Assembly (NCBI GenBank): GCA_964512235.1
Contig: CAZEGD010000003.1
Span: 101 to 64,100 of the forward strand
Direction of reading: 5' to 3'
Origin: an uncultured archaeon
GTDB lineage: Archaea > Aenigmatarchaeota > Aenigmatarchaeia > CG10238-14 > SCSR01
Length of the DNA stretch: 64,000 nucleotides
Below are positions 29,696 to 38,529 of the stretch, in pieces (within the stretch, counting starts at the first letter, position 1; every line of letters begins with the position of its first letter). The notes beneath the pieces are model-generated. The model had not been told where the DNA came from. It was given only the letters and a program-made list of their open reading frames with translations, and did no database searches. The position numbers and the translations under genes were made by a program.

Positions 29696-31246
29696 TTACC
29701 TTTCTAGAATGAACGATTTTTTGTGCAGGGGCGATTCTTTTACTTCATGCACGAGCATGTGCATGCGCTCGGCCACGTCCATCACAGGATCTTCCTTCAG
29801 GATTTGCTCAGCCCTTTTGAGCTTTCTCGCCTTATCCGCGTATATAGTGAACAGCCTGTCACCAATCTTTACAGCATCCCCTACTTTCTTATAGAGCTGT
29901 ACGCCTGCAGTCTTGTCCTTTGGCGAGCCTGCAGCTCTTGCCACGGCTATCAATGCCGAATTATTTATCCACAGGACGTAGCCCTTTCTTTCAGCCTTTA
30001 CATCCAGTCCATATTTACTCACTTCAAGGTCGTCCGGCTTTATCTCAGAGTCACCACCCTGCTCAAAAATTATCTGACGCAGCTTCTTCTCGGCCTTGCC
30101 GGATTTTAGCGCTTCCATTGCAACCTCCTGGCCATTACCTTTTGCCTTGCCAGCGAGCTCGAGGAGCATGCCTGCTATATGCGTAGCTTTGTCTACGAGA
30201 TCAGGCACCGCTGCCTTGCGCATGATTGCCTGCAATGCCTCTCTTGCTTCCAATAGAGGACCGACAGTATGACCTATGGGCTGCTCGCCATGTGTGATTG
30301 CACACTCTACGCGTACACCAACTTTCTTCCCGAGTTCTATAAAATCCTTTGCAAGCAAGTTCGCATCGCCTATTGTCTTCAGCTTGGAGCCACGTCCGCA
30401 CGGCATGTCTATCACAACATACTCAGCACCTACAGCCTTCTTCTTGCTCATTATGGAAGGCATCATCAACGGGTCAATGGACAATGGATACTCTATCTGA
30501 ACGAACTTGTCATCCGCCGGTGCAAGATGCAAGGCACCGCCCCATACTATGCAACCATTCGTCTTTTTGACTACAGTCTTCATATCGTCTATGTCAAGTG
30601 CAACAGGCATCAGGACTTCTGCCCTATCGGCTGTGCCGGCTGCAGATGTGATTGCACGTGACGATGTCTTAGGAATCACCACCCCACAAGCTGCTACAAT
30701 GGGTACGACAAGAAGCGTAGTCTTGTCGCCAGGCACACCACCTATGCTATGTTTGTCCACAATCGGGCCGTCTTTTATTTTCAGACGATCCCCAGTATCA
30801 ACCATAGCATTTGTCAGACCGGCAGCTTCGTCTATACTCAAGCCAAAAGCTTCCAAAGCAGTGACAAAAGCAGCAAGCTCTATTTCATCCAACCTGTCAT
30901 CCACCACATCTTGCACAATCTCTCTAAGATCTTCCTCGTTCAGCTTGCGGCCCTTCAGCTTGTCCCTTATGTGCTGCAACGATTTCGGAAACTTTGCAAC
31001 TTCCACTGTTATTTTTGCACCATCCTCTATATTCAAAGCTTTAGCCACTTCATCAAATACTCCTATAGTTCCCTCCTCTACAACACGCTCTGCCAGGTTC
31101 ACTATAGCTATGCGCTCTTTGCCTCTCAGCTGCAGCCACACCCTGCTATCGCTGCGTATGCCAAGATCTTCCGCATCCTCTACATTCAGGACTACAACCG
31201 GACTACCGCCCGACTCCATCCCCAAAATCTTTGCATTCAGTTTCAT
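29696..31246 (-). CDS. deoA: AMP phosphorylase
   Basis: GLSIDEAAGLTNAMVDTGDRLKI...VDKHSIGGVPGDKTTLLVVPIVAACGVVIPKTSSRAITSAAGTADR; thymidine/AMP phosphorylase family. Confidence 0.95.
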   Translation of the reverse strand: MKLNAKILGMESGGSPVVVLNVEDAEDLGIRSDSRVWLQLRGKERIAIVNLAERVVEEGTIGVFDEVAKALNIEDGAKITVEVAKFPKSLQHIRDKLKGRKLNEEDLREIVQDVVDDRLDEIELAAFVTALEAFGLSIDEAAGLTNAMVDTGDRLKIKDGPIVDKHSIGGVPGDKTTLLVVPIVAACGVVIPKTSSRAITSAAGTADRAEVLMPVALDIDDMKTVVKKTNGCIVWGGALHLAPADDKFVQIEYPLSIDPLMMPSIMSKKKAVGAEYVVIDMPCGRGSKLKTIGDANLLAKDFIELGKKVGVRVECAITHGEQPIGHTVGPLLEAREALQAIMRKAAVPDLVDKATHIAGMLLELAGKAKGNGQEVAMEALKSGKAEKKLRQIIFEQGGDSEIKPDDLEVSKYGLDVKAERKGYVLWINNSALIAVARAAGSPKDKTAGVQLYKKVGDAVKIGDRLFTIYADKARKLKRAEQILKEDPVMDVAERMHMLVHEVKESPLHKKSFILER

Positions 31247-31253
31247 TTTCTCA

Positions 31254-32474
31254 CTAATACCATTTCTTTAGAGCGGCCGCAAGCTCTTTATGCTTCTTTG
31301 CATACTCACCCAAGCTGATTTTATTTATTGTAGCATATAGTGCTTGCCTAGCAGCAGTTGCACCTGCACGCGTGCCTCTAGGATGGCCATGGATGCCACC
31401 ACCCATCTGGATAATCACATCATTCCCAAACAGCTTAACAATCTTCGGCAGCAGTGCCGGATGCAAACCGCCTGATGCGACAGGCATAGTTTGCTTCAAG
31501 CCATGCATCTTTGACTTGAGCGCATCTACATTCTCCAGCACTTCTTGCTTAGTCTCATACATCTTTCCAACCCCGGTACCAACATGCAACTGATCTATAC
31601 CGACAATTCTTAGTAACTTTGCAAAGACTTTCATAGATATCCCATTCTTAGGATTCTTCGTTATAGCAGCATGCATCGCCCTATGTCCATGTAGTACCAA
31701 CCCAAAATTGTGCTCACGCATCGTCTGCAAGGCAGACCAGCCGGCTGTAAATACGTCTATCATAGCATACCTACCGCCACGGTCTTTCACAAATTTTGCC
31801 CTACGAATCATATCATCAGTCTCTGCGGTTATGTTTGGCATATATGCTTTGCATTTGCCAGTCTCTCTCTCTGCAAGATCCCGCATCTTGAGTGTCTGTA
31901 CTATGCGTTTGCTAAATACATTAAAGATTTGACTGGACAGGTTTTCATCGTCTTTTACAATATCACACCCACCAATCCAAGCATTGTAGGCAACTTTGGC
32001 ATGATGACTTGTCTTAAGCCCAAGCTTTGGCTTTATTATGCTTCCAATTAATGGCCTTTTCTCAACTCGCAACATCCTTCTTATCCCATCTATCCCATAG
32101 CGCGGGCCTTTGAAACTCTTTACGAGCTTCCTCGGCAGCTGTATGTCTTCAAGCCTCAAATTTTTCAATTCATTCAGACCAAAGACGTTGCCCGCCACAC
32201 TGCTGAGGATGTTTGCCATGTTACCTGGCTCGAAGAGTTTTTGGGGGTATGCAACTCTTACGCTATTGCCTTTTATTTCAAAGACATTCGCCTGCAGTTT
32301 CTCAATGTACTTGTGCATCGTGGCGACTTCAGTCCACGTACCTATACTGCTTTCAGCCGCGACTGCGCCCGCAGCTTTCTTCAGACTTATGCCTCTAGGC
32401 TCTACGTAGAATTCGCAAACCACATCACTCTTCTTTGGCTTGTACTTCAAATTTACAAAATCTAGATATTTCAT
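31254..32474 (-). CDS. rbcL: RuBisCO large chain, form III-like
   Basis: GSIIKPKLGLK, GGCDIVKDDENL (carbamylated Lys motif), HGHRAMHAA, GVGKMYET, GGGIHGHPRGTRAG. Start MKYLDFVNLKYKP at 32474 is more likely than 32546. Confidence 0.93.
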   Translation of the reverse strand: MKYLDFVNLKYKPKKSDVVCEFYVEPRGISLKKAAGAVAAESSIGTWTEVATMHKYIEKLQANVFEIKGNSVRVAYPQKLFEPGNMANILSSVAGNVFGLNELKNLRLEDIQLPRKLVKSFKGPRYGIDGIRRMLRVEKRPLIGSIIKPKLGLKTSHHAKVAYNAWIGGCDIVKDDENLSSQIFNVFSKRIVQTLKMRDLAERETGKCKAYMPNITAETDDMIRRAKFVKDRGGRYAMIDVFTAGWSALQTMREHNFGLVLHGHRAMHAAITKNPKNGISMKVFAKLLRIVGIDQLHVGTGVGKMYETKQEVLENVDALKSKMHGLKQTMPVASGGLHPALLPKIVKLFGNDVIIQMGGGIHGHPRGTRAGATAARQALYATINKISLGEYAKKHKELAAALKKWY

Positions 32475-33286
32475 CTCAACATCCTCTTCACTTTTGCAGG
32501 ACTCAGAATCCCCTTCTCGGTCACTATACCTGTAACGTACTTCCAAGGTGTGACATCGAACGCTGGGTTCCGCACATCAAATCCCTCTCTTTCTGTCTTT
32601 GTGACTTCACTCTGGTCTCTTTCTTCTATTACAAATTTCTTTCTCTTGTCAATCTTCATCAATCCGCCTATGAAATATACGGGGACTTTATTTTCCTTTG
32701 CAAGCACGGCAAGCATGTACGTGCCAATCTTGTTCACAACACCCTCTTTGCGTATGGCATCGCACCCAAAAATCATTGCATTCACATCTTTAATGTAAAA
32801 CCCTGCGGCCGCATCAACGATATAGACAACCGGTATGTCCGCATCTACCAACGTCCGAGCAGTTATCTTACCCTGCCACATAGGCCTAGTCTCCGTAACA
32901 ATAACTCTGAATTTTATTTTCTTCGTCTTGGCAACCTTCAACAAATCAACAACGCTACCGCTGTGGCAATGTGTCAGAAGTGTGGGATACTTCTTAATCA
33001 GCTTGTAGTTTACAGTTCCAATCACGTTCCCTATATTTTCAAAATAATATATCATCTCGTCTATGGTATCAACAGTCTTTCCCTTTTTGATTTTTTCCAC
33101 TGCATTGTAGAGCGTGACTGCAGTCGGCCTTGCACCGACCATTCTTTTGCTTGCAGAATTGAAACTCTTTCCAAACCCATCTTTTTTTGCAACAACTTTC
33201 AAAGCATTCAATCCAGCTATTGCTATTGATCTTGCTCCACGGATTCTCATGCTTTTAATGTCTTCCACTATATTCTCCAGACCCAT
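32471..33286 (-). CDS. Ribose-1,5-bisphosphate isomerase (eIF2B-like family)
   Basis: MRIRGARSIAIAGLNALK..., LLTHCHSGSVVDLLKVAK, RPMWQGKITARTLVDADIPVVYIVDAAAGFYI...MIFGCDAI; immediately upstream of rbcL. Confidence 0.92.
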   Translation of the reverse strand: MGLENIVEDIKSMRIRGARSIAIAGLNALKVVAKKDGFGKSFNSASKRMVGARPTAVTLYNAVEKIKKGKTVDTIDEMIYYFENIGNVIGTVNYKLIKKYPTLLTHCHSGSVVDLLKVAKTKKIKFRVIVTETRPMWQGKITARTLVDADIPVVYIVDAAAGFYIKDVNAMIFGCDAIRKEGVVNKIGTYMLAVLAKENKVPVYFIGGLMKIDKRKKFVIEERDQSEVTKTEREGFDVRNPAFDVTPWKYVTGIVTEKGILSPAKVKRMLR

Positions 33287-33295
33287 AATTCAATT

Positions 33296-33595
33296 TTATT
33301 TTCTGAGCTTATAATTTCTCACTGCTTTTTCAATATAGTTCAAGAATCTGACCAATACCTTTGCATGCCTCGGTTTCAGATATTTATCAGCAGCAAGATG
33401 AAGAAGAGCGGAAGCTAGACCTTTATACCCATCCATGAAGTACCCTATAAATGCAGCACTCAACGGATCGTGAAAGAGCACCCTATGACGCCTGCCTAGA
33501 AAACGATAAGGGTAGTCGATTGCCGCGTGCGTAGCATTGCAATCATCGCCCAGCAGCAGCTTTGAGAATTTCTTATGTGCAGTCCTATCTGGCAT
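33296..33595 (-). CDS. Conserved-looking hypothetical protein
   Basis: 99 aa, His-rich, adjacent to the ribose-1,5-bisphosphate isomerase gene. Confidence 0.55.
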   Translation of the reverse strand: MPDRTAHKKFSKLLLGDDCNATHAAIDYPYRFLGRRHRVLFHDPLSAAFIGYFMDGYKGLASALLHLAADKYLKPRHAKVLVRFLNYIEKAVRNYKLRK

Positions 33596-33674
33596 AAAGA
33601 TTGATTCACGCTAAGCAGTGATAGCAATTTAGAACCAACTCAAGTGGTTATTTTTCAATAAAACAAATTATAAT

Positions 33675-34346
33675 TTGATGCCTAAGATAAGTTTTGAGAA
33701 GCAGCATAGTGAGCTAGTAAATCACTTGAAAGCAATGGGTTATGCAAAATCCAAAGCCATAGAGAGAGCTATGCTTAAAGTAAAGCGTGAGCAGTTTGTA
33801 TGGGTTACATACAAAGACGATGCGTATTCCGACACACCGCTACCGATACCGGGAGAAGTAACAATAAGCGCACCGCATATGCATGCCATTTTCATGTCTG
33901 CATTGAAGCTGAAGGCAGGCGATAAAGTTTTAGAAATTGGTGCTGGTAGTGGCATATTGCTGGCATATATGAAAGAAGTCGTTGGCAGTAAGGGAAAAGT
34001 ATACGGTGTGGAAATAATAAAAGAAACGTACGAATTTGCAAGGAAGAATCTGCAGAAAGCCGGCTATGGTAGAAAAGTTAAGCTCGTTCTTGGCGACGGT
34101 TCTAAAGGACTCCCTAAGTATACACCTTATGACAAAATAGTTTCCGGGGCTTCTGCTCCGAAGATACCCAAACCATGGATAGACCAACTAAATCCGGGTG
34201 GCATAATAGTCACGCCCGTCGGTCCCACGTACGGCAGCCAGGATTTAATCTATCTGGAAAAGACAAAGAAAGGGAAGATTATTAGGAAGAACTTAGGCGG
34301 TGTGATTTTCGTTCCCCTAGTTGGACAGTTCGGTTATGATTTTTAG
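33675..34346 (+). CDS. pcm: Protein-L-isoaspartate O-methyltransferase
   Basis: DTPLPIPGEVTISAPHMHAIFMSAL...VLEIGAGSGILLAYM...GDGSKGLP. Confidence 0.93.
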   Translation: MMPKISFEKQHSELVNHLKAMGYAKSKAIERAMLKVKREQFVWVTYKDDAYSDTPLPIPGEVTISAPHMHAIFMSALKLKAGDKVLEIGAGSGILLAYMKEVVGSKGKVYGVEIIKETYEFARKNLQKAGYGRKVKLVLGDGSKGLPKYTPYDKIVSGASAPKIPKPWIDQLNPGGIIVTPVGPTYGSQDLIYLEKTKKGKIIRKNLGGVIFVPLVGQFGYDF

Positions 34347-34368
34347 CTCTCAAAGATAGATAATTACT

Positions 34369-34473
34369 ATGGACATCTTATCTGAGAATATAGTTCTGTT
34401 TTTCGGCTTATTCTTTACTATGACTGTTGGCATATTCTTATTTTTTTATTTGTGGCACAAGTCTACAGACTAG
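34369..34473 (+). CDS. Small single-TM peptide
   Basis: MDILSENIVLFFGLFFTMTVGIFLFFYLWHKSTD* (34 aa; below the supplied ORF size cutoff). Confidence 0.35.
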   Translation: MDILSENIVLFFGLFFTMTVGIFLFFYLWHKSTD

Positions 34474-34492
34474 AAGATGGAAGCGCTACGAT

Positions 34493-34918
34493 TTAATCGC
34501 ATACCTTTTTCAAGTCGTTGTTAATAACTGTTGGTTTCATAGATTGTATCTCGTCGAGATATGGAGATTCTTCTGGAGACGGGTTTAGCAGAAATATCTT
34601 CTTGTTATGCTCGAATGCGATAGCCATCTCCAAGAACGTATTACCGCCAATGTAATTTTCCTTGCCGTTTTTGTCGTAGTTCAGAACCAGTATGGTATCA
34701 GAAGATTTTATCTTTTCAAAATGGTCACGTATCCTACGCTCTTTTTCATTCACAAAACTCTCAAAGTCTACCTTCTTTTTATTCTGCCAAAATTCCTTAG
34801 TCTGTCCCATCTCAGCAGATAATGGGAGAAGAGCTTCATGCCCCATATTTTCTAACTTCTCTTTCACGTCATTCATTTCATTTATGAAGGTGAGGCTTCC
34901 GCATAGAGTTATTTTCAT
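34493..34918 (-). CDS. Nucleoside 2-deoxyribosyltransferase-like domain protein
   Basis: MKITLCGSLTFINEMNDVKEKLENMGHEALLP...SDTILVLNYDKNG...NYIGGNTFLEMAIAFEHNKKIFLLN; start at 34918 avoids the upstream tRNA. Confidence 0.7.
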   Translation of the reverse strand: MKITLCGSLTFINEMNDVKEKLENMGHEALLPLSAEMGQTKEFWQNKKKVDFESFVNEKERRIRDHFEKIKSSDTILVLNYDKNGKENYIGGNTFLEMAIAFEHNKKIFLLNPSPEESPYLDEIQSMKPTVINNDLKKVCD

Positions 34919-34934
34919 AACATCACTTGAAATG

Positions 34935-35051
34935 GGGTCGGAGGGATTTGAACCCCCACTAGCCGGTATCACCCTATCATCTTGGAATCAACGCTCCAAT
35001 TACATATAAGTCTGGAGCCGGATGTCCTAGCCAGGTTAGACTACGACCCCT
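34935..35051 (-). tRNA. tRNA-Trp (CCA) with ~44-nt intron
   Basis: GGGGTCG/CGACCCC acceptor, loop CTCCAG^A, T arm GGGGGTTCAAATCCCTC; intron ACTTATATGTAATTGGAGCGTTGATTCCAAGATGATAGGGTGAT. Outermost anticodon-stem pair appears mismatched. Confidence 0.8.
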
Positions 35052-35138
35052 CAGCTAAAAATTGTTTGTTTTCAGCCTTTTATAACTTTAGCGTTTATTA
35101 ACTTTGTTTGACGTTAATAATTTATTGACGGTGGAAGC

Positions 35139-35891
35139 ATGAAAGTGAAGGCAAAACGCTTCTGGGAGATAGATGCGTTAAGAGGCATAGCAATAATCAT
35201 GATGATCATTTTCCACATAATATTTGACTTGAACTATTTCGGCATTTACAGATTTGATGTCTCTTCCAGTTTTTGGTTTATTTTTGCTCGTTTGACAGCT
35301 TCGATTTTCATCTTCCTCGTCGGCGTCTCACTCACTATAAGCTACGCTAGAACTACAAAGCAAGAGAAGTACAAAGGCAAGCATGCATTGTTTGGAAAAT
35401 ATTTGAAGCGAGGTCTGAAAATATTCTGTCTGGGTTTGGTAATAACATTTGCGACTTGGATTTCTATTGGATATGGCTTCATTGTCTTTGGTATTCTTCA
35501 TTTCATTGGACTTTCAATAGTCTTAGCCTACCCATTTTTGAAATCCCGTTTTTGGGATTTCTACCTTCCGCTCGGAGCATTTTTAATTATCGCTGGACTT
35601 CTGCTAAGGACACTCACTTTCAGCTCACCTTGGTTGATGTGGCTTGGATTTACACCAACAAACTTTTACACGTTCGATTACTTCCCACTTCTACCATGGT
35701 TCGGTATTGTTTTAATCGGTCTCTATTTCGGTAATTTATTGTATCCAAACGGACTACAACGATTTAAAGTCAAAGACCTTTCTAAGCTCCCACTCGTAAA
35801 AACACTTTCATTCCTTGGTAGACATTCGTTGGTTATTTATTTCCTGCATCAGCCGATAGTGATTGCATTGCTATATCTCTTTGTTTTGTAG
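35139..35891 (+). CDS. DUF1624 / heparan-alpha-glucosaminide acetyltransferase-like membrane protein
   Basis: RFWEIDALRGIAIIMMIIFHIIFDLNYFGIY...FIFLVGVSLTISY. Confidence 0.85.
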   Translation: MKVKAKRFWEIDALRGIAIIMMIIFHIIFDLNYFGIYRFDVSSSFWFIFARLTASIFIFLVGVSLTISYARTTKQEKYKGKHALFGKYLKRGLKIFCLGLVITFATWISIGYGFIVFGILHFIGLSIVLAYPFLKSRFWDFYLPLGAFLIIAGLLLRTLTFSSPWLMWLGFTPTNFYTFDYFPLLPWFGIVLIGLYFGNLLYPNGLQRFKVKDLSKLPLVKTLSFLGRHSLVIYFLHQPIVIALLYLFVL

Positions 35892-35900
35892 AAAATTAAA

Positions 35901-35971
35901 GCCTCAGGCGAGACTTGAACTCGCGACCTACTGCTTACAAGGCAGTTGCTCTACCACTGAGCTACTGAGGC
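35901..35971 (-). tRNA. tRNA-Thr (TGT), no intron
   Basis: GCCTCAG/CTGAGGC acceptor, ACTGC-CTTGTAA-GCAGT anticodon arm. Confidence 0.95.
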
Positions 35972-36014
35972 ACCATTGCAATAATTAAATACCTTTTACT
36001 TAATAAACTTAAAA

Positions 36015-36935
36015 GTGTTTATCATGAAGTCACAGGTCCCAAAAGAAGCAAGAGAGAGATTTACAAATGCAGGCTACAGGATAGTAGGTACGCACTCAGC
36101 AGTGGAAATATGCCACTGGACGAGAGAGAGCTTGCGCAAGAATAGAGTCTGCTACAAAGAAAAATGGTACGGTATAGAGTCACACCGTTGTTTGGAGATG
36201 ACACCTGCTGTTGTTTGGTGTACCCATAAGTGCAAGTTCTGCTGGAGGCCATTACAATTTACTATAAATGGCGAACCCAAACCAGATGATCCTAAAGCAA
36301 TAATCGACGGATGCATAGAAGCAAGGAAGAAGTTGCTTAGTGGGTTTGGTGGTAGAGAGGGAATTGACAAGAAAAGACTGAAAGAATCATTTGTACCGAC
36401 AAGCGCAGCCATAAGCCTGGCAGGCGAACCTACACTCTACCCAAGAATAGCAGAACTTATAGAAGAATTCCACAGAAGAAGGATGCAATCCTTTCTAGTC
36501 ACCAACGGCACTAGACCGGACAGGCTGCAGAGCTTGACTAAGGAACCTACAAATCTCTACATCAGCCTCTGCGCACCAGACAAGGAGACATATCTGAAAG
36601 TGAACAGGCCACTGATTGCAGATGGTTGGGATAAGCTGAATGAAAGCCTCCAACTTATGAAGAGCTTCAATTGCAGGAAAGTACTTAGGCTGACTCTTGT
36701 GAACGGGTTGAACTTTTTCAAACCGGAAAAATATGCAAAGCTAATCTCAAAGACAGAGCCAGACTTCATAGAAGCCAAGAGCTACTCTTGGGTCGGAGAG
36801 TCTAGGCAGAGATTGCCCGGTACTGCAGTGATTTCCGTAGAGGAATTGAAAGAATTTGCGCAAAAATTAGCTGAAAATACAAATTATAAGATAAAAGATG
36901 TGGATAATGCAAGTAGGGTAGTCTTATTGGAGTGA
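36015..36935 (+). CDS. taw1: tRNA 4-demethylwyosine synthase (TYW1-like radical SAM)
   Basis: CTHKCKFCWRP radical SAM motif with RIVGTHSAVEICHWTRESL and KEPTNLYISLCAPDKETY. Confidence 0.92.
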   Translation: MFIMKSQVPKEARERFTNAGYRIVGTHSAVEICHWTRESLRKNRVCYKEKWYGIESHRCLEMTPAVVWCTHKCKFCWRPLQFTINGEPKPDDPKAIIDGCIEARKKLLSGFGGREGIDKKRLKESFVPTSAAISLAGEPTLYPRIAELIEEFHRRRMQSFLVTNGTRPDRLQSLTKEPTNLYISLCAPDKETYLKVNRPLIADGWDKLNESLQLMKSFNCRKVLRLTLVNGLNFFKPEKYAKLISKTEPDFIEAKSYSWVGESRQRLPGTAVISVEELKEFAQKLAENTNYKIKDVDNASRVVLLE

Positions 36936-37630
36936 ATAATATGGGAATGAAAAAGAAGTTCTGTCCAAAGTGCGGCCGCGAGGCAGACAAGATTTTTGAC
37001 GGAATGTGCGTAGACTGCCTTTTCGAGAAAAAACGTACAATCAAAATCCCGTCAAAGATTATTGTCAAAAAGTGCAAGCGCTGTGGCAAATATTTTCTGG
37101 GCAAAATCAAGAGCGAAAGAATAGAAGATATAGTCGATCCAGAGATAAAAAAGATATTAAACTCAGCAAAGCTTGCGGAAAGCGGGATAAAGTATATGAA
37201 CTATAGGGTAGCCGATGGTAAAGTGCATTTGAGCTTGAAATTCGACTTCAATGGCATTCAAAAGTCTGAAGAGCATGAGATTGAGATTGAAGAGAAGATG
37301 AAGACATGTCAATATTGTGCAATGTCCGGCACAAGATACTACAATGCAATCCTGCAGATAAGGGCACCAGAAGAAATTATTGATGAAGCATTGAAAGAAG
37401 TGATAAAGAGAGTTGCTGAAATGAAGTCGGACAATCTGGCATTCATTTCCGATATCAAGAAGCAGAGAAGCGGAGTAGACGTATACATCGGTTCAAAGGC
37501 CGCGGCAAGGAAGGCAGCAAGGGCACTCAAATCCAGATTTAATGCAAGGCTCAAAGTTACGAGAGAGATGGGTGGAAAAAAAATGGGAAAGCAAGTTTAT
37601 AGAGATACGATATTAATTCTTATTGAGTAG
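36932..37630 (+). CDS. NMD3-like protein
   Basis: KKFCPKCGREADKIFDGMCVDCLFEKK...CKRCGKYF; CQYCAMSGTRYYNAILQIR. Confidence 0.8.
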   Translation: MNNMGMKKKFCPKCGREADKIFDGMCVDCLFEKKRTIKIPSKIIVKKCKRCGKYFLGKIKSERIEDIVDPEIKKILNSAKLAESGIKYMNYRVADGKVHLSLKFDFNGIQKSEEHEIEIEEKMKTCQYCAMSGTRYYNAILQIRAPEEIIDEALKEVIKRVAEMKSDNLAFISDIKKQRSGVDVYIGSKAAARKAARALKSRFNARLKVTREMGGKKMGKQVYRDTILILIE

Positions 37631-37649
37631 AGATATCATAGGTGATTGA

Positions 37650-37976
37650 TTGGCAAAGAAAAAAGAAGAGATGTCACGAGAGCAGATGGAAGTAGCGAGA
37701 ATAAGAATGCCCAGAAGAGGAGAAGTGCTTGGTGTAGTGGAGCAGATGCTGGGAGCGGACAGACTGCGCGTACGCTGCAAAGACGGACACACTCGTATTT
37801 GTAGGATACCAGGCAGGCTCAGAAAGAGGGTATGGATGCGCCCTGAAGATTTAGTACTTGTAAAACCGTGGATTGTGCAGACAGATGTGCGCGGTGACAT
37901 ATCCTTCAGATACACTAGGACACAGGCAAACTGGCTCAAGAGAAAGGGCTATGTGGATCCCGAGTTGGGATTCTAA
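37650..37976 (+). CDS. eif1a: Translation initiation factor aIF-1A
   Basis: GEVLGVVEQMLGADRLRVRCKDGHTRICRIPGRLRKRVWMRPEDLVLVKPW. Confidence 0.95.
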   Translation: MAKKKEEMSREQMEVARIRMPRRGEVLGVVEQMLGADRLRVRCKDGHTRICRIPGRLRKRVWMRPEDLVLVKPWIVQTDVRGDISFRYTRTQANWLKRKGYVDPELGF

Positions 37977-38028
37977 TCTTAAATTTTTACATTTCAACTC
38001 CCAAATCTATAATAGTTGGAGTCTATCT

Positions 38029-38529
38029 ATGATTGATTTCGTTTCAATCCCACACGAACGGATAAAGAAGTTTGACGAGCTGAAAAGGAAGTTGGAAGAG
38101 CTCATTGGTACAAAGATAGAAGTGAGCAGGAGCGAGGAGAATGCTGTAAGAATTGAAGATGATGATAGCTTGAAAGTTATGTCCTGCTCTAGGGTGGTGC
38201 ATGCGTTCGGCCGTGGATTCGATGTTGATGCAGCACTGAATCTACTGGACGATGAATACAATCTGGATATAATCGCCATACAGGAATATGCAGGCAAGTC
38301 CAAGCAAAGATTAATCACTCTAAGAGGCAGACTGATAGGCACTAAAGGAAAAACCAAAGATATGATTGAAAATACTGCTAGTGTTAAGTTGTCTATATAC
38401 GGAAAGACTGTCGCGATAATAGGAAAGTGGGACAGAGTGTCAGTAGCAAGGCAGGCAGTGGAAATGATTTTAAGAGGGAGCAAGCACAACAGTGTGTATA
38501 GATTTTTGGAAGAACAAAAAATTACATAG
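38029..38529 (+). CDS. KH-domain RNA-processing protein (Dim2/Krr1-like)
   Basis: MIDFVSIPHERIKKFDELKR...GRGFDVDAALNLLDDEY...GRLIGTKGKTKDMIENTASVKLSIYGKTVAIIG; trimmed from the 37873 start. Confidence 0.85.
   Translation: MIDFVSIPHERIKKFDELKRKLEELIGTKIEVSRSEENAVRIEDDDSLKVMSCSRVVHAFGRGFDVDAALNLLDDEYNLDIIAIQEYAGKSKQRLITLRGRLIGTKGKTKDMIENTASVKLSIYGKTVAIIGKWDRVSVARQAVEMILRGSKHNSVYRFLEEQKIT

Noticed and set aside
30507-31318. Plus-strand ORFs of 254 and 189 aa
   Set aside because: Fully antisense to AMP phosphorylase, low-complexity Ser/Thr-rich translation; the opposite strand matches a known enzyme throughout.
32435-33229. Plus-strand ORF of 264 aa
   Set aside because: Antisense to the ribose-1,5-bisphosphate isomerase gene, no recognisable motifs.
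34935-35051. Box C/D sRNA inside the tRNA-Trp intron
   Set aside because: GATGAT/TTGAT resemble C-box pieces, but I could not find a proper CTGA D box at the right place. Left as something to test, not claimed.
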